DNA of 64,000 nucleotides, taken from the NCBI GenBank assembly GCA_973851085.1, contig OZ316775.1, positions 6,200,001 through 6,264,000 on the forward strand, given 5' to 3'. Positions within the stretch are counted from its first letter, which is position 1. Each line of letters opens with the position of its first letter. Of this stretch, positions 24,679-36,516 are shown in pieces. This DNA is from Ptychomitrium polyphyllum (lineage: Eukaryota). The position numbers and the translations under genes are program-made. The notes below the pieces were generated by a model. The model saw only the letters and a list, made by a program, of their open reading frames with translations. It did not search any database and was not told the origin of the DNA.

Positions 24679-27131
24679 ATGGCAAGGCAAGGGCGTGGCA
24701 ATGACTTGCGTTGTACCATGGCGGTCGCGGCATCGCATTTGACGTCGGCTTCTGCGAGGAGGGGCGTGGCCATGGCGGGGGAGTCTGCTCCCCTCTGCAG
24801 GGCATGCGTCCGCTACTTCTCTCGCGTTTTTCAGGGCCGTATCGACGCTTCTGGGTCGTATGGAATACGCTCCTCTGCTGCTGCCTCACCTCATTGCGAT
24901 GCTGACTCTGGTGCTGCATCAGTGCAGAACTCTCCTGCGCCGTCTGTCGTCAGGTGGGATGGATTGGTTCGGCTCGGTGTATCGGTCTTATCCGGGAACA
25001 GAGTTGTGATCGTGTATTGGATGGGGAGTTTCTTTCAATTGCGATAGTTTGATTCTGAGGTTGCGTGGAGGCGTTATCTTGTGGCTTTTGTGGATGGCTG
25101 CTGGATTCGTAGCTGAGGACATTGTTGTTTTGTTGATCGATCTGGTTTTTGCTGCCAGCTGAGAGTTTTAGGGTAGAAGGGAGATGGGGAGCGTTGTATT
25201 GTCATCTATGTTGCGGTTTTTAGTGATGGATTTTGTGTTGAAGGATAGGTGGAACTGGCATCCTTCCGTTGGTGTTTGTAATTGATAGGTTCTGAATGCT
25301 GAGAGTGGCGGGCTTTTGCAGCGATGAGGATGTAACAAGGAAGCAGTTCCTTTTGCAGTCGCATACGGCAACTGGTTATGCGTCGTTACGAAGGCTGTTA
25401 CTGCAGCCGCGGGAAAGTTTTAGGGAGTTTAGTGGGATTGCATTTGATCGTTCAACATGTAGCGAGCTGGCTTGGAGTCGCAAAGGCTTTTTGCGGCCTT
25501 CGCCTTCCGTAAGTCCATTCGTTTCGGGTGGAGTACGATTCAAGACCAAATATAGCAAAGCTGAGCAAGCAGCGAAGAGGGCTGCTAAGAAGAAGAAAGC
25601 GAAGGCGGTTCGTGTCAAACTTCGGCAAATTCGTTTGGCGAAGAAGTTGAGAAAAGCCAGCATGACACCCGAGCAAACGTTGCTCTGGCGGATTGCAAAG
25701 GTTGTGTTCGTAACCTGAAGTTGCGAAGACCGTCTTAGTAAGAGCTTCAGTTTTCTGTTTCTCCCAGTGCTGGTACTTATGTCAACGTGTCTTTAATCCA
25801 GATTGTTTCTATATACAGGGATCACTTTGCATCATTGAGTGAATTTTTTAAATGGAACCTGCATTTTCTGAGTATAGAGTTGGCGAACTTGAAAATTGAT
25901 GTATTGGAGGTGATCTATTTATTGAACCATCAGAAATTGTTGAATTATTAAGCATACCCCACCTTAGACAGTTTTTGGTTCTATAATATTCATGTTATCA
26001 AAGAAGTTAGACTGTATATCACTGAAATTTGACTGGTAATGGTAATTTGTGTCTTTCAGTGCAAGAAAAAGATAGGCTTGCATGAGCAGCAGCTGAAGAA
26101 GTACGAATTGCCACCGTTGCCCGACCCTGATCCCGACCCTGAAATACTCACACCAGAGCAGCTATATGCTTTGAAAAAGCTTGGGTACAAAAATAAGAAC
26201 TATGTGCCTGTTGGCAGGAGAGGTATTTATGGGGGCACAATACAGAACATGCATATGCATTGGAAAAAACACGAGACAGTGCGGATAGACTGTGATAATT
26301 TTCCAAAAGAGAAAATTAAGGAGATGGGGGAGACGCTAGAGAGGCTTAGTGGGGGCACCGTAATAGACATCCATCAAGCTACTACTATTATAATGTGGCG
26401 TGGTAGAAACTACAAGCGGCCAAAAGTTGACATACCTGATATGTTTAAAAATTTCAACAAGCGAAAGGTGAATTTTTCCTCTCCTACTTCCAGATTCTCA
26501 ATTTTCAGAGAAGAACTTTTCTGTCTTAACATTACAACTAACCCAGATCCGTTCATTTATCATGTGGGATTTTTCTTATTTCTTGGATCTCTCTATATAT
26601 GGTTTAGACGGATGCATCCGGTTGGTTTTTTTTTGTCAGGCCCTAATCAAATCGAAGCATGAGCAATCTATTGCTTCGTTGAACGATCAAATATTTAAAT
26701 GGGAGAAGGATCTGAGAGAGGTACGGGCGGACATGGCACGAGAGGCAGCTGAAAGAGCTCGTTGGTTGGAGGAGAACCCTGGCATGGCACCTCCAGAGCC
26801 CCTAGCTGCGGCAGTAATAGAAGAATATGATTTTGATGAGATCTTAGATTCATCTGACGATGACGACAGTATAACTGCAATGGAGGATCTAGGACCAGAG
26901 TATGATTCAGCGAGTGATTACGAATATCCAGACAGTGATGAAGATGTTCTAGATGGCGCTGATTCAAGCGATCATGATCGTGAACAAGATGTTTCTACAA
27001 GCAGCAACATGGATAGCAGTGATGAATGGGAATGTAACGTTCACGCCTCTAGTGATGAGACTGAAAGTGATGCCGACACCCCAACAAGAGTAATACATGG
27101 AGGATCCAGCGCTGTCCGAAGAAAATTCTAA
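24679..27131 (+). CDS. CFM9: CRM-domain organellar intron-splicing factor, CFM9-like (517 aa from ATG 24679 or 504 aa from ATG 24718), 4 exons
   Basis: Exons 24679-24953, 25322-25700, 26060-26467, 26640-27131 are phase-consistent. The CRM domain DPEILTPEQLYALKKLGYKNKNYVPVGRRGIYGGTIQNMHMHWKKHETVRIDCDNFPKEKIKEM...TIIMWRGRNY closely matches the CFM9 type. The R/S/A-rich N-terminus is presequence-like and the C-terminal tail is very acidic. Confidence 0.9.
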
Positions 27132-28689
27132 GGACTCGGATTTTCTCTTCCCAACAGGGTGATGAGAAATATGATCACCAGCATGGTTCTTTCAGAAGTG
27201 TAGGAGTTCCTGCCCACCTTCCTGGAGACGACAAGGATTCGGAAAGTTTCGTTTACATGAAGGTCTGTGAAGAGCTTTTCCTTTTTGCAGTGTAGAAATG
27301 AAACTCTGGATTGAATTTTAATAGATCTATGAAATGTGTCCATTGAATTTGAGTTCTGGTAGTCTTTATTCTGAATTTTACACTTTTGAACAGCAGTTGC
27401 AAAGGTGAAACATGAAGGTTACAGTTACGATGACCTCGTTTAGGCATTTGTTTCCCTAGGCCCTTCGCCGTTGTTATGCTTTGAGTTCTAAGCACTGAGC
27501 TGCAAATAGAATTTATTGTGCTAAATTCTTGGAGGATTGGATCTGTAAAAGTGATACCAGTACTCTCCTCGTCCAATTCTGAACTCTAACATATAATTTA
27601 AAGGGAAAGAATAAGCCTCGTGAAAGTTCATGGATCTTGTGGATATTTAAGTGGACTGTTTATTGCTGAGTGCTCTATATTCTACACAAATAGTGACGAC
27701 TATGTGTATTGTTGTGCATTACTTTCACGAGAGTGTGGTTCTGATTGGTGTACATATTCTGCAGGGAGCAAGGTTTCGATGTATGAGCACTTCTATCAAC
27801 TTACTAGTAAATGGGCTCGACGAAAGCAGAGTAGAAGTTGTTGGTTCCTAAACCCGTTGTAGGTGTAGCTGATTCGGTGTGGCTTCGATTTTGGCGTATC
27901 ATGTCACATTTTGTGATATGTACGAAAAGGATGCCTTCCTAGGGTTTGCGTCTTTGGAAATCAGGAAATATGTCTAGAAAGAAAGTGGGGAACCCGGAGT
28001 TAAAATACATTACTTGGCTACAATGGGTGAAAATCTGAAAGCCGCAAAATCCTCTCTCAGCATGCGAGAAGTTCACCTACTGAGAGTTGCATGCTGTGAT
28101 GCCTTCCGAGGATATGTGCGTATTCTTAAATGGTTACTGGTGACAGTTTGTCTTCTGCGGATGGAGTGATCTACTTTCTGAATATGTAAATTGGAAGTTA
28201 AGCAAAGCTGAGATATTATACTGCAAGTACGTGAGTCAATTTAAGTGCTAGTTGTATGTGCTTGTATTGCACTTGTATGTGCTTCTTTATATTTGAAGTT
28301 GGTCAGCTCTTCAACGGAGCGAACAGTAGTGACGGCTCCTATACATGGCATTGGAGACAAATACATCATCATAAAATATCAGAATCTGGATCCCATAGCA
28401 GGACTTAACAAATGTTACTGCTCAATGTGGATAAGCTTCATTAGAGGCAGTGTTCAGCTATTTTAGCCATTTTGCTACACTTAGAAAATTTGTCGCTACT
28501 TAGAACCCCTAAACGACGAACACTACATAATAACAACTTACGGGTGTTGTCCATTTCTTATGAGTACCGTGGAGTTTTTTTCAAAAAATTTAAGAACTTA
28601 AAATTACAGGTTGATAAGAGAAAGAAGTCTTTCCCAAATCAATTTGAATCATATTAATCTGAATTAAATTATTCCATTTGGGATTTTTC

Positions 28690-31260
28690 AAAACATGATA
28701 CTCAATGTTGTCCTAGTGTTTTAAAATTTATCATTTTAGGAAAGTAATCATGTTTTCATCATGTTTGAAAGTTTGACTATATAAATATTTTGTACACATA
28801 ATTTTATTTTATTTCTTTTGGTTCAAACTTCATCATAAACCATATCATAAATCATCTTAGTTTTGGCAGTTAACAAAGGGTTTTTGAAAATATGAGAAAA
28901 TAAAAATAAAAATAAAATTCAGTGGCACCCAAATTTTACCTAGGTACCACCCAACTATCATTGTCACTTTACCAAATACCACATAAATATTACATGAGCA
29001 GCAGGAAAAACTGTGACTCCTTGGTAGAAATGAGAAAATAAAATCACTGTTTGGTGGAATGTAGAAATTCTCTGTGAAATCATTGCAGACAATGTCCTTG
29101 CAGTCACTGTGCTAGCCAACAGCTCCTGGCATCCCACATTCTTCAACAAAGGCTGATCAGAGGTACATGCACAAAAGGCAAATAAGTTAGCAGACTTCAG
29201 CAACTTATGAGTGGCTCAGAGAGATAGTGGGGCTTGAATCTTCTAACCTGATGGCCTTTCCAGATTGAAATTTCAAGCTTTCAGTGTCAGAAGCTTATTA
29301 TTAAGTCAAGAATAGGACTAGGTAATATGTTCCTGTACACCAGGACACAACTTGTCAGATTCAATGGTTAGTTTCGGCCATTTTGATTCCTAAGTGGCAC
29401 TGAGCTTCCTACACTATCCATGGATCGATAATCATGCATACCATATACTGCAACATGCACTTTTACATAAACCCCAACAACTAGATATTCTTCTCCATAC
29501 CATATAACCCCCTATCCCTGTGTGAAAATTAATCTAATTATAATTCTATTACAAGAGCAGCTCATTACGACTGTGAACCCATAGTTACCACTTACTAAAA
29601 AACTAAAAAGCATCATGTTCATTTTCATGCGGTGGTGATAATGGAAACAAAAGAAAAATTTAACATTACTTAAAAAAAAAGATAAATATGTGATGTATAC
29701 AAGCTTAAGTCATAGTGATTACTAAGTTTAGGTGGTTATGCATTCATTAAATGCTAGATATTAATTGTTGTTTGGATGATTGTTGGACTAATCAACTAGT
29801 GGTTTTGACCTTTCCAAAATCATCCTTTAAAAATTCATAATTAATTCAAATTTTATCACAAGCTCAGGTTTTTCAATAACATTGACCTCCAACCATTATT
29901 TTTATCCCAAAAGCTTCAAGAATGTTTGCAAAAGGAGCATTCATTATGCAGCAATAATGTGTGTTCCACCTTGTCTGGTAATCATCACTGAGCATCCATC
30001 TTACATGAAATTCCCCTTGTGAAAGGTAAACTGACAAATAAGTTGCTCTAGAAACATGAGCTTGGACTATCTGACCTTCCACCAACTAAGTGAATCCCGG
30101 ATGCAAGGGAATATATACCATAATAATACAAAATTATGCCAATTCCATTTGACCCATTTGGTCTCTGCAATACAATGACCCTTGTCATTGATCAACAACC
30201 TACATGGCTCCCAGCTCCTGGAATGCCTCCAATTTTGCAAGTGCATCATCTCCTGCTAGCACACAACAACTCAAGTCAACTTGCAGTCCTCTCATGACCC
30301 CCTCACATTGCATTCAACCCATGTAAACATAGAAAACACCATCAACAACCACTGTCATCACCCACCCAAAAGTCATCTGTTCTTTTCAAGTAACATGCAA
30401 AAGTCAATAGGGACAAGCATCACACCTCACATGAACCAAACTCACTTGAGATTTGAGAAGAAACTCAATCCAAATTTTCTCACAGGAGCTGAAAACACCC
30501 CCCTTTCCAGAAACCAAACTCAGATTCTGATTATCAAATAAAATAACCACCCCTTGTCCAATTGAAATAAATGAAACCTAATTCATCATATTCTTGAATT
30601 TTTTGAAAAGTTTGGGTGTCCTCTTGTGCAAAATCTCCCTCCATGATATTATTTAGCAAAATAAATCTACACCACAAGGAATAGAACTAGATGAGTATTT
30701 CATCTTTCCTTCAGATACTAAATTAAATTAAAAATTGCCTATATTATACTATTTCATCCAAATTATCTATTAAAAATATGGTACAAACTTATGCAACTCA
30801 AATGTCATGCACAAAAAATCCCAATTTGTAATATTTCCTTAGCAAAAAAAAAACTAATTCTTTTAAAAATCAATGCAAGATATTTTTATACAAAAAGACA
30901 TTTATGGAACTTGTAAAAGAGAATCCTTTGAAGTAATGACAAATTTCCATTCTAATGTTTACATTAAGTTTACTTAATACTCTCCATTATCATCATCATG
31001 TTTTATCTACAAAAATAAAATAAATACCTACCTCTTTTTAAGGAAATTGGTGCTCTTTTTAACAACAAGCAAAAAAGAACACAAAGATTGAGATGCTTAC
31101 TTGTAAAAATTTCACTTTATAAATAGCCAACCTAATCATCTTTTTTTCTAACATTTCCCTTAATAGTCACCTTATACCTTATAAGAATGGAAAAAGTTGA
31201 AAAAAATGATGTTTAGATTGGTCAAAGAGCAAGATCAAGATATGACTCTTCCATGTGTGA
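28690..31260 (-). mobile_element. CpG-depleted block with a decayed reading frame, probable transposon relic
   Basis: The minus-strand frame at about 29045-29238 reads FKPHYLSEPLISC*SLL...SLC*RMWDARSCWLAQ*LQGHCLQ*FHREFLHSTKQ*, with every stop being TGA (consistent with CGA deamination). Family not recognised. Confidence 0.3.
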
Positions 31261-31632
31261 TGTTAAGGCCAATATAGAACATTGTGCTACATAACTCTCT
31301 CATTTTGCAACAAAATGAAAATCACATTTCCTTAAAACTTGAGTCGCTTGGAAAGCCACCCTTCCAACTTCCAAAAAACCCAATCCAACTCCCATCTTTC
31401 CCTTACAGGAGCCAAGCTGAAAGAAAATCGCAACCAAGATGTCAAAGTGACGCCAGCGCTGCATGGTAGCCTGAGCGGCCTGAGCGGCGTGAGCGGGGCT
31501 AAGAAGCACCGTTGGATGGAAGCTGGTACCAGCACTCTCACCGCCAATGTGTCAGATCATCAGACGCAATCACATGCACTGCAACGGGTCTCTCGCCCCC
31601 AACGTCCGGAATCCAGGCCAGGGAGGCCACAA

Positions 31633-31639
31633 TATAAAT
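31633..31639 (+). promoter_or_regulatory. TATA box of the LysM gene
   Basis: TATAAAT followed by a pyrimidine-rich leader, a strong donor CTG|GTGAGT (32044) and an acceptor TTGCAG (32794) 14 nt before the ATG. Confidence 0.6.
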
Positions 31640-32808
31640 GCTAAATGACATGGCCAAGTCTCTAACTTTAAGTAAGTCCAGTCTCCAGGAAAGTAGCAAA
31701 TTAGCAATCACTCCAAGTGGAGTCACTAGTGCAGCAGGTTTCATTCCAATTCCCTCACTTTCTCTCTCTAGGCTCTCACGCTGGTTGGCTGGTGCCTCCA
31801 TCACGCCGCATTTCTGTTTCCAGTTACCAGCTTTCGGTGGTCACTGTTCTTGTTCATGTTCGCGTGATTCAGTGGGATACTGCTACAGCGTGCAAAGAGG
31901 TCGCTTTGGAAGCGGGTTTTATACCACTTGGGGTTGTGGCTTTACTGTGTATTTTAGTGTGGCATTGTTTTTGCTTTTGTTGCATTACGTTTCGAGTTGT
32001 CTTCTTCGGCTGAAGGAAGTCGAGGCAGCTCAGGGTGATACTGGTGAGTTTGGTCTTGAAAGCAGAGTTTGTTCGCGTGACCCAACTGAGTTTTTGGAGC
32101 TTTGGGGTTCTTGGTCCCGTCTTTTGGTTTCTGGGAGAGTGTGATCATTGCATGTGTTGCTTAGGATGTGTAGTAGGGGATGCGTTTTGTGGCTTTTCTT
32201 AGATCTTTGCAAATCTGGTTCTTGATTGCGGCTAAGGTGAACTGAGTTACTAAAGGATGCAAATTGACGCTCATTCCTGGACGCAAGGACAGGTCTTTTT
32301 GTTGCATTGAAAGTCTCTTTTTGCATCGATGGTTGTGTGCATTCTGAGGGTTGAGTGAGTGGAAACAGTTTCCTTTAGTTAATTTGGCGGTAGAGAAGAA
32401 ACAGAGTGGGTTTTAGTTAGTGGTTGACTGTTGCATTTTTTGATTAAATTGGCGCCAAAATGTATTCTATCCACTTCGATCTTGTCCATTAGCAGCGGTT
32501 TGCACTTCTCTCATACATTTTCACTTCCAAGAATTCGATCGCGGCAATGCGAGCTGAGCATCAGTTCCTGTCTACTCTTATTTGCACATTTTGTTCTTGT
32601 ACCTTCTTGATTGTCTTGACGGCGGGCTCACTTCTCTCGTACTCTTCTGCATCGATGATTCCATGGCTGCAATTATTTGACTCAGTTTAGCTCCATTTAA
32701 GCCGTCTCAACAAACTCCGAATCCCGAATGCGACATCCTTTATATCTTGCACAACTTTTGAAACTCTCACCTTTTGTGAGTCTTGTGCTTGCAGATCCCA
32801 CAGCAGCC

Positions 32809-33129
32809 ATGGCCACCACCACCACCACCACCCACTCCCGGATCTTGGCGTGTACGGCGATGGTCTTCCTACTGCTCACGACCTCCATATCCGGAGCTCA
32901 GGGGCGCATTCTACGAGGTTGTCCATGCGGTGAAACGTATGTAGTAAGGGGAGGCGAGTCCCTGCAAATGATCAGCGAGAAGTGCAACGACCAGTTCATT
33001 CTGGAGAACAACCCTCACATTGTGGACCATGACGACTTGTTCGAGGGCCAGTTTCTCAAGATGGATTGCACCCAACGCAAGATCAATCTGTGTGACATCA
33101 CGGGCGCCCTTCCTGCTTACTTCTGCTGA
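32809..33129 (+). CDS. Small secreted single-LysM protein (106 aa)
   Basis: Signal peptide MATTTTTTHSRILACTAMVFLLLTTSISGA; LysM CGETYVVRGGESLQMISEKCNDQFILENNPHIVDHDDLFEGQFLKM. ATG in GCCATGG context, after the 5' UTR intron 32044-32794. Confidence 0.9.
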   Translation: MATTTTTTHSRILACTAMVFLLLTTSISGAQGRILRGCPCGETYVVRGGESLQMISEKCNDQFILENNPHIVDHDDLFEGQFLKMDCTQRKINLCDITGALPAYFC

Positions 33130-36100
33130 TTGTCATTCTCTCAGAAGCATCCCAGCACCTCTTCAAGGATTGGTCCGAGCTGATTTCAACCTCCCTGGTG
33201 CTGTGCACAATTTTGTTCTGTGACTGCCTTGCGATGGGTCATGTCGCTGGCCAGCACCCCATGTTGCTTCAATTTCAGGCGAAGCGAGAGCAGTGACATC
33301 GAGTCAACCTAGTGTAGGATTATGCTTATTTTATAATCATAATGTCGTCTATAGCTGAGTGGGTTCAGAGCTGTAGATCTCATGCGGCCTACTCCTCCAT
33401 ACTTTTTGCAGGTCGTCAGGTACAGTTGTGTCAACAGTGCGGAGACGCTCTTTTTGTGGGAGAGTGTACCAGTGTCCATATGTAGCATTATTGTGTGTAC
33501 AGTAAGCGAAAGCTGTTGCAATAGAGAAGCTCAGTTTCTGCAGACTGTCTTCTTGCACGGTAAGAGTGGTCGTGTAAACCTAGTGAATTGCATGGCATGA
33601 CAATCATTCTCATTGATTTCTTGACGTATGTTGTGGACAATGGTGTCCGTTTGATATTGCAACGGCGTCTGCCATGCATAAGATTCTGTCGCCAGCACCT
33701 CGCTCATCACGTTTAGACTCTGGAAAGTTCAGAGTTGCAGAACAGATCAGCAAATGCAATAATACTGCCTCCAAGGTCACGTCCTACCGGAATTACCAAA
33801 CTGAATCATTGTGTATACGATTTGTGAACTTAAACACTGAAGTTCCCTGTGCACCATGCGCGTTTTAAGCTATAATGATAAAAACAAGTAAAATCATATT
33901 CTATTATGTAAATGACGATCACTTATGATGAAACATCTTCAATGAACACTGGTGTCCAAAACTCAATTTTTTTATAGAATATAGTGGATACATGACCTTT
34001 TGTTCAACCAAGTTCTATTCAAAATTGTTACATTAAGGTTGGTGTTTAGTTTTGATTTGTTTGTAAACACCATTGTGAAAAAAATGATTTACTAAACCTA
34101 AATCTAAATCTAAATGGTTTTTAATGAATTTTGAATTACTAAAATCATAAAAAGATGTTTTCATCTTAATAGAATTATGGATTAAAATTTTGGCTATTGT
34201 TATCATTTGGCTAATGACAAAAATATCAAATTTGAAATCATAACTCCATTGAGATGGGACCTTCATTGACAATTTACAATTCAATGAAATGATTTAATAA
34301 AATCTTATAGAACTGAGAATTCTCTCTATTATGAATTTGTATCCATTCAAATTTGATATGGAGAATTTTACTTGTTTCCATTTCATTTTAAACCAGATTT
34401 TTATTACAAATTTCACATAAATTGTCATAAAAATTAAAGAAAATAATAAAATCACCAAAAGTTGCAATGATTATGCAATTTTCAAACTTTGGCCTCAGAC
34501 TAGTTTCTTGATAAAAACCCAATTTTAACATGTGAATACATTTTTTAATGTAGAAGATCATAATTCATAAGATCAAAAATTTAGATTTTTTCAAAAAAAA
34601 TTTACCATTTGAAGAATTTAATAAGAACCCTAAAACATTTTAGCAAGTACTGGGGTGGTAACACAACATATTATTTTGTGACTTTAGAAGGTGTAATAAT
34701 CAGTTTGCAACATCTTCTACAAATCTCCAATCCAAAAGAACACCTAAATGCACCCAAGCAAGCAAATCAAGAGCATTCACATTTGGATGAATGAAGCCAC
34801 GCATCAGTGCACAATTGGGCCTAAAGTACCATACCATGTCATATCATGTCATGTCATGTAATGTCATTGTACTTCGTCCCACACAGCACATCAGCGGTTC
34901 ACTTGTTCCAACATTCCAACCAATAGCCCAACGACACAGTCTCCGTCTACAACACCTGGAAGAACACAGGATTTATTCGGGTGCCAGTGGAACCTGCGGG
35001 AAGGTGCCCGAAAGGTTCCACACCACAGCCCAGCCTGCACTGAGAGGGCCCAAGACATAAACAAAATATCAAACGGAACTTTTCCACACTCAGCACCACC
35101 GAGCGCCGGGAGTGGTGCACGCACAGGCCCCAGGTGGCAGCTGCCCAGTGGTCTGCGAGGTGCAAGAACTGCATCCCGAAGTTTATGATTTTTCCCACAT
35201 CAACGGTGCACCACCTGCAGCTTGTTCGGATACATTCCCATTCAATGGGAACCGCAATCTGCACCACTGAGCCTGCCGGGGGGCTGATGGAAAAGGCAGT
35301 GAGGGCAGGCACTGTATGGCGTCAGAATATCATCCACTTGCTTGCTTTCTGCAGGTGTTGGGATGCGGATTGGATTGGCACAGCTGCTGCTTTTTTCTTT
35401 TCTCGCTGTCGCTCAAGGTCCCCTCTTGTGCACTACTGCGTGGGGTTCCTTTCTTCCAAGTTCCCCTCCTTCCTTTCTTTTTGTCATCTTGCACTTGGTG
35501 CTTGTGGCAGGCGCGCTACCACTATGACCCACTCCCATCTCCCATGTCAGTGCTCTCTGTCACACTTCCCTTGCCGCTTCCCCTGCATCCCCACAACCTT
35601 CCCCTCTTCAGGGCGGTGAAGATCTCGGTTCCCATGTTTGCGTCCGTGTTGGTACCCATGTTGGTTATTGCTGGAGAGGATCAAGATTGCTGTTTTAAGA
35701 GGTATTTTTGAAGTTTTTTTAATGTTTGGATGTTTTGGTTTGACTTGGAGGTTGGGTTGTATGGATTCTTGCTCAGTTGAGGTGAGGTTTTGTGTGAGGT
35801 AGGTATGTGTGTTTGGGTTTGGAGTCGAGGATGGAGGACTGTTGTGTGTGTGTGTGTGTTGGTAGGGAGGGAGGTTGAGGGTCAAGGTGGGTGCTTTTGC
35901 TACTGATGACGGTGAGTGGAGGTGTTTGGTTATTGGTTTTAGCAGTTTGGAGGTGAGATTGGCGGGGTGTTGTTGGTCTCAAGAGATTCGAGAGTGTGAA
36001 TGAGTTAAGCCGTTTTGTGCTTCTGCGAGTTTTTTCTGGTTCTACACTGTAGTTGAATTTCCGGTAGCAGGGGGTATGGTTGCAATTCAGGTTGTTTTCT

Positions 36101-36516
36101 GGTTTTTTCTTTTTGGCAGTATTAGGGTTTGATATGGTGGTCTGTTTCTTGTAAGCAGTTCTGTTTTACAAACAAAGGGATGAATAGGGTTACATGTTTG
36201 CATATTCCATTTTCAAATTCACCACAAAAGGTGGTCTAATTTCAGGTGGCGGTGACTGATGATTTCACTAATTGGGGTTTTTTTGGGATGTAGGTTAGCA
36301 TTTTGGTGAGCTACTGTGAAGGGATTCTGTGGGGATCTGGTGGACCTTTTGGGAGGAGATCGATTTCGGGGTAGAAGTTTTTTGATCGTTCTTCATTAGC
36401 GGAACAGATCAGTGTTGCAAGAGCTCACTCGGCAATCACAGGGTGCGCACATGGATGTTAGACCTGTATGAGGTAGAGAAGAGAACGGGACCAACCCCTG
36501 AATCGCTCTGGACCAA

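Noticed and set aside
24640..24680. AAACCCTAAACCCT as a telomerase RNA template
   Set aside because: It is part of a promoter array directly before a coding ATG, and no USE/TATA Pol III arrangement or terminator supports an independent RNA.
25296..25718. ORF-track start at ATG 25296 as the main CFM9 start
   Set aside because: The stronger acceptor at 25321 joins the upstream presequence-like exon in frame. ATG 25296 is kept only as a possible alternative isoform.
31638..32144. 168-aa ORF upstream of the LysM gene
   Set aside because: Its ATG overlaps the TATA box, it runs through a 5' UTR donor into intron, and it has no protein-family features.
35191..35203. TCCCACATCA resembling the snRNA USE element
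   Set aside because: No TATA at the expected spacing and no recognisable snRNA downstream.
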